Source of the DNA: Candidatus Moraniibacteriota bacterium
GTDB lineage: Bacteria > Patescibacteriota > Minisyncoccia > Moranbacterales > UBA1568
Direction: 5' to 3'
Length of the DNA stretch: 50,458 nucleotides
Assembly: GCA_043785755.1 (NCBI GenBank)
Contig: JAYVWV010000033.1
Span: 1-50,458 of the forward strand
Made by a program: the position numbers and the translations under genes. Shown here in pieces: positions 36,460 to 46,700 of the stretch. Below the pieces are notes generated by a model. It was not told the origin of the DNA and did not search any database. It worked only from the letters and a program-made list of their open reading frames with translations. Numbering within the stretch: position 1 is the stretch's first letter; every line of letters begins with the position of its first letter.

Positions 36460-38610
36460 ATGTCATTTTCTTCCTCACGAGTACCGAAACGGACGTCGCT
36501 TTCTGATGTGAAGCGGCCTGTACTGTATGTGGCACCAACACCTCGCCCCTCGGAGTATTATGGGGGAGTATTGCCGGAACATTTCCCACCCATCTTGCCT
36601 GCTGCACCTGAAGCACCGGTGCGGCAGTACATCGTACCGCCACTCCCTCGGCATCGCTCTGGGCTGTGGTTTTTTTGGGTGGGTCTTTTTGTTTTGATCG
36701 GTGGGTTCTTCTTCGTGTGGCAGGGGAGCCTCCTCAAAGATCGAGTGCAGACAAAAAGTGTCAGTGCCGTGCATGATTTGACCCAGGCGGTATCTGCTCT
36801 CAAAGCCAAGCAGTATGTCGATGCCACTGATCGTTTTCGAAAGGCGAGTCAATCTTTTGATGTTGCTCTTTCGGAACTGCCCCCGGGGAGCGGTGTCCTT
36901 TCGAATATAGTGCACCCCATTCCCGTGTTATCGCGTTTTTCTTCTGGGGTACATGCTTTGCAGGCAGGAAAATATTTGGCCGAGGCGGGTATACCGCTCT
37001 CGACCTTGGTACGAGCGGTTGCTCTTTCTCAGGAATCATACACACAGGGGAGTAAGATTTCTCTCCTTGATCTCATGGGGCAGGCCAAAGAGCCGCTGAC
37101 CCAGGTGCGGGCCTCCTTGCAACATGCCCAGGATGAGCTGGCCCGGGTCGCTATCGATGATTTACCAGCGGATGAGCGTGAGCGTTTTCTTTCGGTGCGG
37201 ACCGATCTCCCGACACTCCTCGCCCTTCTCGATGGCTTCGAATCACATGAAGCCCTCCTCCAGGAACTTTTGGGAGGCAATGGTCCGCGTACCTATCTCT
37301 TCTTGCTCCAGAACAATCACGAACTGCGCGCGACCGGTGGCTTTATCGGGAGCTATGCTTTAGTCGATATAAACCAGGGTACGGTGCGCCGATTTTTTGT
37401 CGATGGTATTTTCAACCCAGATGGTCAGTTGAAGGAGAACGTCGTTCCGCCGAAACCGATTCAGAAGATTAGTGCCGCCTGGAGTTTGCACGACAGCAAC
37501 TGGTTTCCGGACTTCCCCCTGTCGGCCGAAAAGGCGATTTTCTTCTATGAGAAAACCGGTGGACCGACGGTGGATGGGGTCGTCACGCTGACACCGACCG
37601 TGATGCAAAAGCTCCTGGTGGTCACCGGGCCGATTGCGCTGCCACAGTATGGCCTGACGGTCGATGCTGATAATTTTATCCCGGTGGTGCAGGAACAGGT
37701 TGAGGTCAAGTATGACAAGGAGTTCAATCAGCCGAAAAAGATCCTGGCCGATCTTTCTCAGGCACTTCTCGAAAAAGTTTTCTCCTTGCAGGATCAGGGC
37801 ACATCCCGCCGGATCGCCGAGGCGTTGGTGGTAGGACTCAACGAGAAGCATATCTTGCTCTATGTCCGCCATCCTGAAACAGAAAAGCTCATCGATGATG
37901 CCGGTTGGTCGGGACGTGTCCTCGATACTCCTCGTGATTATCTCTCGGTCATTCACAGTAATATTAACGGCTACAAGACGGACGGGGTGATTGACGAAAG
38001 TATCCGTCATCGAGCAGATATTCAGGATGATGGTTCGATCATCGATACGGTGACCATCATACGGACACATCGTGGTGGGCACACCCCCTATGAATGGTGG
38101 AACAAAGTCAACGCCGATTACCTGCGTGTCTATGTGCCACGGGGATCAACACTCCTCTCGACCAAGGGGACGACGTGGGAGTTTCCGCCGGCGCCGCTTG
38201 ATTACGAACGTTTGGGTTTTATGACGGACGCTACCGTGGCCGCGGAAGAAGCTGGGACAAAGATCGATCAGAAAAGTGGTGTACGGCTTTCCGAAGAAAG
38301 TGGCAAGAGCGTCTTCGGAGCCTGGGTCTATGTCAGTCCGGGTGAGTCAGTGACGGTAGAGTATCAGTATCGCTTGCCGTTCCGTCTCGATATGGCCACT
38401 CTTCAATCAGGTGGGGTCGATTCGTACTCGGCACTCTTCCAAAAACAGTCAGGCTCGCCTGGGAGCAAATTGGTCACCGATGTCAGCTTGCCTGATACCT
38501 ATAAAGCGATTTGGCAGACGGAACCGAATCTGGTACCGTATGGACGTGAACTGCAGCGCGAAACTGACCTCAAGACCGATGTCTACCAAGGGATCGTCGT
38601 GGGGCGTTGA
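36460..38610 (+). CDS. DUF4012 domain-containing membrane-anchored protein
   Basis: 716 aa with an N-terminal TM helix. The hallmark segment is LLQNNHELRATGGFIGSYALVDINQG…FNPDG…W…DSNW.PDFP. This is typical of DUF4012 proteins, which are common in CPR and actinobacterial cell-envelope loci. Confidence 0.7.
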   Translation: MSFSSSRVPKRTSLSDVKRPVLYVAPTPRPSEYYGGVLPEHFPPILPAAPEAPVRQYIVPPLPRHRSGLWFFWVGLFVLIGGFFFVWQGSLLKDRVQTKSVSAVHDLTQAVSALKAKQYVDATDRFRKASQSFDVALSELPPGSGVLSNIVHPIPVLSRFSSGVHALQAGKYLAEAGIPLSTLVRAVALSQESYTQGSKISLLDLMGQAKEPLTQVRASLQHAQDELARVAIDDLPADERERFLSVRTDLPTLLALLDGFESHEALLQELLGGNGPRTYLFLLQNNHELRATGGFIGSYALVDINQGTVRRFFVDGIFNPDGQLKENVVPPKPIQKISAAWSLHDSNWFPDFPLSAEKAIFFYEKTGGPTVDGVVTLTPTVMQKLLVVTGPIALPQYGLTVDADNFIPVVQEQVEVKYDKEFNQPKKILADLSQALLEKVFSLQDQGTSRRIAEALVVGLNEKHILLYVRHPETEKLIDDAGWSGRVLDTPRDYLSVIHSNINGYKTDGVIDESIRHRADIQDDGSIIDTVTIIRTHRGGHTPYEWWNKVNADYLRVYVPRGSTLLSTKGTTWEFPPAPLDYERLGFMTDATVAAEEAGTKIDQKSGVRLSEESGKSVFGAWVYVSPGESVTVEYQYRLPFRLDMATLQSGGVDSYSALFQKQSGSPGSKLVTDVSLPDTYKAIWQTEPNLVPYGRELQRETDLKTDVYQGIVVGR

Positions 38611-38629
38611 TTATTTGTGAAATAAAATC

Positions 38630-40285
38630 ATGGTGAAAAAATGGTGCCATCGGTTGGTGGCGTGGAGCAGTGTCCCCAGTGCGACGGTGGGCGGGGCCGC
38701 TTTACTTATTGCTTTCGCTGGTATCGCCAGTCGTTTCCTGGGCCTCATTCGTGACCGTGTCCTGGCGGCGCATTTTGGGGCCGGCGATGTCCTCGACGCT
38801 TATTATGCTGCCTTCCGCTTGCCGGATCTGGTGTATAGTTTTTTGGTGGTCAGTGCCCTGAGTGCCGCCTTTGTTCCGGTGTTTACGGAACTGATCAGTC
38901 AGGACAAGAAAGCCGCCGCCTGGAAGCTGACGTCGGGCGTCCTCTACTTGACGCTTGTCGTTTTGGGTGTCTTTTCATTATTAGGAATTATTTTTTCGCC
39001 CTATCTGACACTTCTCCTGGCGCCGGGTTTCGCACCAGAAAAACAACAGTTGGTGACGACACTGACCCGCATCATGCTTCTCTCCCCACTCTTTCTTGCG
39101 GTCAGCGCCGTTTTTGGTGGTGTGCTCGTTTCTTTCAAACAATTCGCTGCCTATTCCTTTGCTCCGGTTTTTTATAATGTTGGGATCATTTTTGGTGCGC
39201 TTTTTCTGGCCAAGATTGATGGTCCGATGGGTCTGGCGTGGGGGGTCGTTTTGGGATCATTCTTTCATATGATTATCCAGTATCCGTCCATGCGACATAC
39301 GGGATTCCGCTACCAGGGGGCGTTTCATACTGCTTGGCGCGACCACAATGTCAGGCGGGTCCTGAAACTGATGATCCCGCGTTCGCTCGGGATGGCGGTG
39401 AGCCAGATCAGTCTCTTGGTCACTACTATCTTCGCTTCACTCCTCGCTTCTGGTTCATTGGCGGCCTTCACGTTTGCCAATAATATCCAGAGCGTGCCTT
39501 TGGGGCTCTTCGGTATCGCTTTCGCCTTGGCTGCCTTCCCTTCATTGTCACTCTTCGCCGCGCAGAAAGAGAACAAAAAGTTTTTTCTGATGTTGAGTGA
39601 GACGACTCGGCGCATTTTGTTTTTTGTTATTCCGCTTAGTATCTTCATGATTATCTTCCGGGCTCAGTGTGTCCGCGTCATTCTTGGTTCGGGGCACTTC
39701 GGTTGGCAGGATACCATCACAACTTTTGATGTGCTGAAATTTCTGGCCTTGAGCCTGTTTGCGCAAAGCCTCATCCCGCTCTTTGCTCGGGCGTTCTTCG
39801 CTCTGCAGAACACCAAGACACCGCTCTACGTGGCGCTGGTGAGCGAGGCCATTCATATCGCTTTGATTCCGCTCCTCCTCCCGCACTATGCTATCCAGGG
39901 GCTGGCTATCGCATTTTCTGTCAGTACCATCATCAACTGCGGGCTCCTGTATTATTTCCTCCGTCGGGAAATTCCTGGGTGGGATGATCGTGCCGTCCTC
40001 TACCCGATCGGAAAAATTGTCGTGGCTTCGCTTCTAGCCGGCGCTGTCGCTCAGTTGTCAAAGTCGCTCTTCGCCCTGACTGCCAATGAACTCGATACCT
40101 TCGTGGAAGTTTTCCTCCAGCTTATCTTGGGCCTGACGATTGGTACGAGCGCTTTCGTTCTTTTCTCCTATTGGCTCAAAATCGAGGAATTGGAACGAGT
40201 GCGCCGCTTCTTCCTCCGGCGGGTTTTCCGTCAGCCCGAGACGGCCGTGTTGGTCGAAGATCACCCCGAGCGGGGAGACTGGTAG
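38630..40285 (+). CDS. murJ: lipid II flippase MurJ
   Basis: 551 aa and polytopic. The N-terminal signature is SR.LGLIRDRVLAAHFGAG…DAYYAAFRLPD. The protein has at least 12 hydrophobic segments. Confidence 0.9.
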   Translation: MVKKWCHRLVAWSSVPSATVGGAALLIAFAGIASRFLGLIRDRVLAAHFGAGDVLDAYYAAFRLPDLVYSFLVVSALSAAFVPVFTELISQDKKAAAWKLTSGVLYLTLVVLGVFSLLGIIFSPYLTLLLAPGFAPEKQQLVTTLTRIMLLSPLFLAVSAVFGGVLVSFKQFAAYSFAPVFYNVGIIFGALFLAKIDGPMGLAWGVVLGSFFHMIIQYPSMRHTGFRYQGAFHTAWRDHNVRRVLKLMIPRSLGMAVSQISLLVTTIFASLLASGSLAAFTFANNIQSVPLGLFGIAFALAAFPSLSLFAAQKENKKFFLMLSETTRRILFFVIPLSIFMIIFRAQCVRVILGSGHFGWQDTITTFDVLKFLALSLFAQSLIPLFARAFFALQNTKTPLYVALVSEAIHIALIPLLLPHYAIQGLAIAFSVSTIINCGLLYYFLRREIPGWDDRAVLYPIGKIVVASLLAGAVAQLSKSLFALTANELDTFVEVFLQLILGLTIGTSAFVLFSYWLKIEELERVRRFFLRRVFRQPETAVLVEDHPERGDW

Positions 40286-40443
40286 CTTATTCACACGCGT
40301 TGCAGGAATTGGTATTGTGAGAATACATTTATGCAGTTTATGACAATTTCTCTCCAGCGCTATTTTATGATTATTTTTGCCGGCTTCTTCTTCTGGGAGA
40401 AGCGAGGCCGATTTGTTTTTGCTGTTGCGAGAGGATAGGGTAA

Positions 40444-40767
40444 GCACGACAGCAGAAAGAAGCCGGTCTCGCTTTCATCCAACAATCCCTTCAACCGTTT
40501 CTTCTCCTGCTTCAAGACAGACTTCTTGCGGGTGAAGGTTTCATCATCAATCTGCCTTTTCTGGAAAAAATACAGCCTACGAAGTGGAAGCTCTGGAAAA
40601 CGGAAGGGATAGACTTCTCAAAAGATTTCCTCTGGTTGGACGCCACGCTGTTTGAAGGGGAGAAGAATGTGTTGATTGAGAAGGGCGCTTTGGGAAAATT
40701 CATCCTGATTGACCTAAAAGCGAACCCGAACCAGCTCTTGGATAGAGTGAATGGCATGGTGGGGTAA
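40444..40767 (+). pseudogene. start-less gene remnant (C-terminal fragment of unknown protein)
   Basis: The frame is open from the stop at 40441 to TAA at 40765. It reads as plausible protein (…EGIDFSKDFLWLDATLFEGEKNVLIEKGALGKFILIDLKANPNQLLDRVNGMVG). There is no ATG/GTG/TTG with an RBS before the last ~40 codons. The ORF is absent from the Met-initiated ORF track. Confidence 0.3.
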
Positions 40768-40827
40768 AATCATCGAAAATAGCATAAAATTTGTTTTTTA
40801 GAGGCTTTGTAGAGCCTCTTCCTTGTA

Positions 40828-40856
40828 TTGACGCCAGGTCTAAAAAGGTGTATAAT
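40828..40856 (+). promoter_or_regulatory. near-consensus sigma70 promoter with extended -10
   Basis: TTGACG at 40828-40833, a 17-nt spacer ending in TG, and TATAAT at 40851-40856 (…GGTGTATAAT). It lies about 75 nt upstream of the AAGGAG RBS at 40922. Confidence 0.55.
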
Positions 40857-40961
40857 TGTATGTTGTAAGTGAAAGCTTCCGACTGCCTCGATTCCCGCTA
40901 TCCAAGGGATTTTCTTTGAAAAAGGAGACGATGATGGGATCAGCACAGCTCGTGCTTCCCG

Positions 40962-41456
40962 GTGCTCGCTGAAACCAGGCTCCTCAAGCCTGTCGGCAAG
41001 TCAACCGTTCCGGCCAGGACAAAGCCCTTCAATGCGGCAGCGTTCTACCAGACCGGCACCGGCCTCTACGTCTACGACTCGTTCGTAGACCGCCTCGATT
41101 TGAGCGCCAGGCAGACGGTGGACTCGGCTCCCGAGCGTCCCTACGTGGCCTCGCTCCTCAAAGCGAACGCCTACGACAAGGACATCCGCAAGGAACTGCC
41201 GGAAACCCACCTGTCCACGCTCGAAGACATCGCAGGCCTCACCGAAGCACAGCCGGGCGGCAAGTCGGGCTTCCTGCTGAACAACGGCTCCGCGAACATC
41301 TTTTATGTCGAGGGCAAAAACGGTGAAGTCTTCGCCGTGCGTGTCGGCTGGCTTGCTGACTACCGTCAGTGGGGCGTCCTCGGCTGGAGGCTCGGCGAGG
41401 GTGGCTACTGGCGTGCTGGCCTCCGGGTTCTTTACCCAGGCAACGCGGCTCTGTGA
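40962..41456 (+). CDS. GC-rich hypothetical protein (5' end possibly frameshifted)
   Basis: 164-aa ORF starting at a GTG without an RBS. A perfect RBS plus ATGATG at 40931 is in a different frame and terminates after 13 codons. The body (…GFLLNNGSANIFYVEGKNGEVFAVRVGWLADYRQWGVLGW…) is protein-like, with no family I can name. Confidence 0.45.
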   Translation: MLAETRLLKPVGKSTVPARTKPFNAAAFYQTGTGLYVYDSFVDRLDLSARQTVDSAPERPYVASLLKANAYDKDIRKELPETHLSTLEDIAGLTEAQPGGKSGFLLNNGSANIFYVEGKNGEVFAVRVGWLADYRQWGVLGWRLGEGGYWRAGLRVLYPGNAAL

Positions 41457-41565
41457 TGATTTGACCCTTCAGTCATTTCATTCAGACCCTTGGACACTGA
41501 GTCGCTTTGACCCTTGGAATTGCATCTGCATTCCTCGGGTCTTTTTGTTTTATAATGATGGGCGA

Positions 41566-41767
41566 ATCTGGAAATACCTTTCATTTTCTTTCTCCGGCTG
41601 ACGGCGGCCAGCCTCGCCGAGTCTAGGCGGGTAACATTTCTCATGAGCGTGTCGGTAACAGTCGAGCGTAGCAGGATAGTCTCGACTGGCTAGCTCCCTG
41701 TTCGACGCAGCGAGTGAGAAATGTTCGACGGAAGTAAAGGGAAAGAAAAGGGAAGATATTTTCAGAT
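41566..41767 (+). repeat. intergenic foldback repeat element, copy 3 (202 bp)
   Basis: Termini are ATCTGGAAATA…TATTTTCAGAT, complementary with one G-T pair. The arms are CCTTTCATTTTCTTTCTCC / GGGAAAGAAAAGGGAAG. Core blocks are shared with copies 1 and 2. Confidence 0.7.
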
Positions 41768-41818
41768 CCATATAAAATTACCCTTGCTTGAAAGCCATTT
41801 TTCGGCTAGGCTTACGGA

Positions 41819-43636
41819 ATGGAACCAACAATACGACAACGGCACATCCGCAATTTCTGCATTATTGCCCATATTGATCATGGGAAATCGACCCTGGCGG
41901 ATCGTCTGCTTGAGCTGACCAAAACGGTCGAAATGCGCAAGATGAAGGAGCAACTCCTCGATCAGATGGATCTGGAGCGGGAACGCGGCATTACCATCAA
42001 GCTCCAGCCAGTCCAGATGCACTACACCTACCAGGGAGTAGAATACATGTTGAACCTGATCGATACCCCGGGTCATGTGGATTTTCACTATGAGGTTTCC
42101 CGGTCTTTGGCAGCGGTGGAGGGAGCAGTGCTCTTGGTGGATGCTACCAAAGGCGTGCAGGCCCAGACATTAGCCAATCTTTACCTGGCTATTGAGCATG
42201 GGCTCGAGATCATCCCGGTGGTCAACAAGATCGACCTGCCCAATGCTCAGGTGGAAAAAACTAAGAAGGAAATCGTCCACATCCTTGGCTGCCGCGAAGA
42301 AGATATCCTGATGGCTTCGGGGAAGAGTGGTCTCGGTGTCCGGGAAGTATTGGAACGGGTGATCGAACGTGTGCCAGCGCCCCAGGGTGGTGAGGACTTG
42401 CCTCTGCGCGCCCTTATCTTCGATTCGGTCTACAACACCTATAAGGGTGTGGTGGCCTATGTCAAAGTAGTGGATGGTTCGGTCAAGCGTGACGATGCCC
42501 TGCATATGCTCGGCACGGAGAAGGAGGGCGTGACCGTCGAGGTCGGCCTCTTTCATCCGCAGTTGGTACCGACGGATATTTTGCAGGCCGGCGACATCGG
42601 CTATATCGCCACGGGACTCAAGGAAGTGGGTCACTGCCGGGTGGGTGATACCGTGACCTGGAGAAAAAAAGAGCGTGATCAAACGGTAGTGGAGCGCTTA
42701 CCGGGCTACAAGGAAATCAAACCGGCTGTCTACGCCAGCTTCTACCCGGTGGATGGCGATGACTATACACTGATGCGCGATGCTTTGGAGAAGCTCAAGT
42801 TAAATGATGCCGCCTTTACGTTTGAGCCGGAAAGTAACCAGGCCTTGGGCCGGGGTTTCCGCTGTGGTTTCTTGGGGCTCCTTCACCTCGAGATCATCCA
42901 GGCGCGTCTCGAGCGCGAGTTTGGTATGAACCCGACTATTACCACGCCCTCGGTGGTCTATGAGATCCAGGTACGCGGAGAAGCGACCAGGCGGTCACTC
43001 TATTCTCCGGTGGACTTGCCGGACGTAGCGACCATCGAAAAAATTTATGAGCCGTATGTAAAGCTGTCGATCGTGGTGCCGAGCGAGTACCTGGGGAACG
43101 TCATCACGCTGACCCAGACGATCCGGGCGGAGTACAAGAATACCGAATACATCGATGAAGAGCGGGTGCTTCTCACCTTCGAAGCGCCACTCATGGACGT
43201 CATCATCAACTTCCATGATGATCTGAAAAGCGCTTCATCTGGCTATGCTTCGATGAACTACGAGCCGATTGGTTATCGTGAAAGTGATGTGGTCAAGCTC
43301 GAGATTCTGGTGGCCAATGAGACCGTCGATGCCTTCGCTCGCATGATTCCACGGCGCGACGCCTATGCCGAGGGCAAACGCGTGGTAGAAAAACTGAAAG
43401 AGGTGCTGCCGCGCCAGAACTTCGCTGTGGCGATCCAATCGGCCATCGGTGGCAAGGTCATCGCTCGCGAGACCATCTCGGCCTATCGCAAGGATGTGAC
43501 CGGGAAACTGTATGGTGGTGACTTTTCACGCAAGCGTAAGTTGCTCGATAAGCAGAAAAAAGGCAAAAAGAAAATGCGTGATATCGGCCGCATGAATATT
43601 CCTTCGAGTGCTTTCTTAGCGGTGCTCAAAAAGTGA
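41819..43636 (+). CDS. lepA: translation elongation factor 4 (LepA)
   Basis: 605 aa. The segments IRNFCIIAHIDHGKSTLADRLL (G1), DTPGHVDF (G3) and NKIDL (G4) are present, plus a LepA-specific C-terminal domain (…ISAYRKDVTGKLYGGDFSRKRKLL.KQK.GKK.M…). Confidence 0.95.
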   Translation: MEPTIRQRHIRNFCIIAHIDHGKSTLADRLLELTKTVEMRKMKEQLLDQMDLERERGITIKLQPVQMHYTYQGVEYMLNLIDTPGHVDFHYEVSRSLAAVEGAVLLVDATKGVQAQTLANLYLAIEHGLEIIPVVNKIDLPNAQVEKTKKEIVHILGCREEDILMASGKSGLGVREVLERVIERVPAPQGGEDLPLRALIFDSVYNTYKGVVAYVKVVDGSVKRDDALHMLGTEKEGVTVEVGLFHPQLVPTDILQAGDIGYIATGLKEVGHCRVGDTVTWRKKERDQTVVERLPGYKEIKPAVYASFYPVDGDDYTLMRDALEKLKLNDAAFTFEPESNQALGRGFRCGFLGLLHLEIIQARLEREFGMNPTITTPSVVYEIQVRGEATRRSLYSPVDLPDVATIEKIYEPYVKLSIVVPSEYLGNVITLTQTIRAEYKNTEYIDEERVLLTFEAPLMDVIINFHDDLKSASSGYASMNYEPIGYRESDVVKLEILVANETVDAFARMIPRRDAYAEGKRVVEKLKEVLPRQNFAVAIQSAIGGKVIARETISAYRKDVTGKLYGGDFSRKRKLLDKQKKGKKKMRDIGRMNIPSSAFLAVLKK

Positions 43637-43720
43637 TGGCCACAAGCATTGAATCATCAACTGTAGAGCACGAGCTGATAGGCAGTTGTTAAGAATTGGA
43701 AGAAATAAGACTTAAATAGT

Positions 43721-46700
43721 ATGAAGTCAATATTTGAAGGCTTGACGAATCAGTATGCGCTCTCCAAGACGCTCCGTTTTGAGTTGCGACCTGTTTTGAA
43801 TACGAAGCAGATGCTCGTGGATAATAAGATCATCGAGGAGGATGGTATTCGAAAAGAGAAATATGAAAAGGCGAAGTTTTATTTCAATCGTCTGCATCGT
43901 GAATTTACGGCAGAGGCGCTGAACGATATCAGATTTGATGATCTTCACGAATATTTTTCTACCTTTCAAGTATGGCAACAAAACAAGAAAGATAAAAAAT
44001 CTTTGGAGACTCTTCAAAAAAAGGAAAAGAGCTTGCGACAGGAGATCACGAAGAAATTTAATGAACATGCGAAGCTGTGGACAGATAATCAGTATGCTCA
44101 TCTGAAGTTGAAGAATAAAAGCGTGGAGCTCTTTTTTGAGGAAGCTGTTTTTTCTCTTCTGAGTGATCGGTATGGCTCTGAAGAGGACGCTCACGTTTTG
44201 AATCGTGAAACGGGAGAAATAATTACTTTGTTCGCTGACTGGAAGGGATTCACCGGGTATTTTAAGAAGTTTCATGAAACACGAAGAAATTTCTATAAGG
44301 ATGACGGTACGGCAACGGCAATTGCCACGCGGATAATCGATCAAAATCTCCGAAGATTTTGCGATAACAGTATCGTGCTTGAGAGGATCAGGGAAGTAAT
44401 TGATTATTCGGAGGTTGAGAAGAATTTCGGAAAATCATTGGATGATATTTTTTCTTTGGATGCCTACGACGGATATGTTCTTCAGGATGGTATTGATCTG
44501 TACAATCGGATTCTCGGGGGAGAAACTCTTAAGAATGGAGAAAAGAAAAGAGGTATCAATGAATTGGTAAATAAATATCGTCAAGATCATAAGGGAGAAA
44601 AGCTGCCATTTCTCAAGACTCTTGATAAGCAAATTTTGAGCGAAAAAGAAAAGCTTGTGTTCGGTATAGAAACCGATGAGGAATGTTTCGATGTGCTTTC
44701 TATATTTTATAAGAATGCTGCTGAAAAAATAGCGCTTCTTAAGAATCTTCTCGATAATTTCGTTTCAAAAAATGAGAGCTTCGATCTAGAAAAGATATAT
44801 GTTTCGCGAGAGGCACTGAATACTATTTCACATCGGTGGATCGATGATGGCCAGGTGTTCGAACAATCCCTTTTCCGGGTCTTCAAAGAGGCAAAAGATA
44901 AGTCTGCTGAGTACCAGGTTGAGGATGAAGCTTTTTCATTTCCTGATTTTATAGCGCTCGACCGTGTGCGACTGGCTCTTGAGGGATCGCCTAATCCGAA
45001 GGCGCTTTGGAAATCAAGATACTACGTGCAGGAGGAAAATGAAAGTAGTTTCGGATTTTTGTCGGGTGATACGTCATCCTGGAAACAGTTCTTGCTTATT
45101 TTGAAAAATGAATTTGAGAGTCTTTTTACAAGAGTGGAGACCGATAAAGTGACCGGGGCCGAATATGTTGCGGGCTATGACCGATCTCTGTTGGCGATCG
45201 AGCAACTCTTGAACTCCCGAGAGCAGAGGCTTAATTCGGATGAAAAGGTCGTCATCAAGAATTTTGCAGATGATGTGTTGCGCATCTATCAGATAGGAAA
45301 ATATTTTTCTTTGGAGAAAAAACGCGCGTGGAACACTGAGTACGATCTCGATTCATTATTTTATGTTCATCCGGAGATGGGGTACATGCGGTTTCACGCG
45401 CATGCATATGAAATGATCGTACAGAAATACAATGATCTGCGGAATTATCTGACGAAGAAACCGTACAGTGAGAAGAAATGGAAATTGAATTTCGAGAATT
45501 CGACTTTGGCGGCTGGGTGGGATAAAAATAAAGAATCAGATAATTCCGCGGTCATTTTGAGGAAAGATGGACGCTATTATTTAGGGCTGATGAGAAAAGG
45601 ATACAATAAGATTTTCGATCAGCGGAATGAGGGAGGATTGAAGAATGCTTTAGAGAATGGAAGCTACGAAAAGATGGTATACAAGCTTCTTCCCGGTGCG
45701 GATAAGATGCTTCCAAAAGTTTTTTTTAGTGCCTCTAATATTGGTTTCTATTTGCCATCTGAAAAAGTTTTAGAGATTAGAAATCATTCGAGTCATACGA
45801 AGGGTGGGCATCCGCAAAAGGGATTTGACAAAAAGGACTTTAATCTCGCGGATTGTCAGCGACTCATTGATTTTTTTAAGCAGTCCATTGCAAAGCATCC
45901 TGACTGGAAAGAATTTGATTTTCATTTTTCCGAAACTTCAGCATATGGTGATATGAGCGAGTTCTATCACCAGGTGGAAAATGGTGGTTATAAGGTTTCT
46001 TTCGATGAAGTCTCTCAATCATATATCGAGAAAAAGAATCAGGATGGTGAACTGTATCTCTTCGAGATTTACAATCAAGATTTCGCGAATGGAAAGAGGG
46101 GAAAGAAAAATCTCCACACGATGTATTGGGAGGCTCTATTTTCTCCCGAGAATACGGATGGATTCCCGATGAAACTCAATGGTGAAGCGGATATATTTTA
46201 TCGACCAGCAACTTTAAAAGAAAAGCTCGGCGAAAGAAGGGACGCCAAGGGAAACGTGCGCGTGGCGCATGCGCGGTATGCGGAGAATAAGATTTTCTTC
46301 CATTGCCCGATCACGCTGAATCGCGGAAAAGGGGTGTCGCGATATTTCAATCAGAAGATCAATGATCTGCTCGTGGATAATCCCGATATCAACATAATTG
46401 GCGTTGATCGTGGAGAAAAGCATCTCGCCTATTATTCGGTTATTAATCAGAATCAGAAAATTTTAGAAAGTGGCTCTCTGAATAAGATAGGCACTGTAGA
46501 TTACGCTGAGAAATTGGAAACGAAGGCGATGGACCGCGAGCAGGCACGGCGTGATTGGCAATCAGTTGAGGGGATCAAAGATCTGAAGAAGGGGTATATC
46601 TCGCAGGTTGTTCGCAGGCTCGCTGATCTTGCTATCGAATATAATGCGATCATCGTCTTGGAGGACCTGAATATGCGCTTTAAGCAGATCAGAGGGGGGA

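Noticed and set aside
40512-40757. Minus-strand 81-aa ORF in the murJ-lepA gap.
   Set aside because: The opposite (+) frame over the same bases reads as much more protein-like sequence (…DFLWLDATLFEGEKNVLIEKGALGKFILIDL…). I therefore interpret the region as a + strand gene remnant.
41463-41515. The three GACCCTT(GGA) direct repeats considered as a mini CRISPR array.
   Set aside because: The repeat unit is only 7-10 nt with 22-24 nt periodicity. There are three copies and no hairpin-forming repeat. This is far below CRISPR repeat length and is more likely protein-binding iterons or chance.
43637-43720. Possible tracrRNA or anti-repeat upstream of cas12a. The stretch TCATCAACTGTAGAGC vaguely resembles the repeat's CTACTGTTGTAGAT, and there is a CAACTG…CAGTTG hairpin.
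   Set aside because: The similarity is in the same sense as the repeat, not complementary to it. It is short and gapped. Type V-A systems do not use a tracrRNA. No region complementary to the 36-nt repeat was seen in any intergenic space of the locus.
43727-44344. 205-aa antisense ORF inside cas12a, plus other antisense ORFs at 46835-47233 and 47305-47619.
   Set aside because: They lie opposite a strongly supported coding frame in AT-rich DNA where stop-free antisense frames arise easily. They have low-complexity Leu/Ile/Phe/Lys-rich composition and no RBS.
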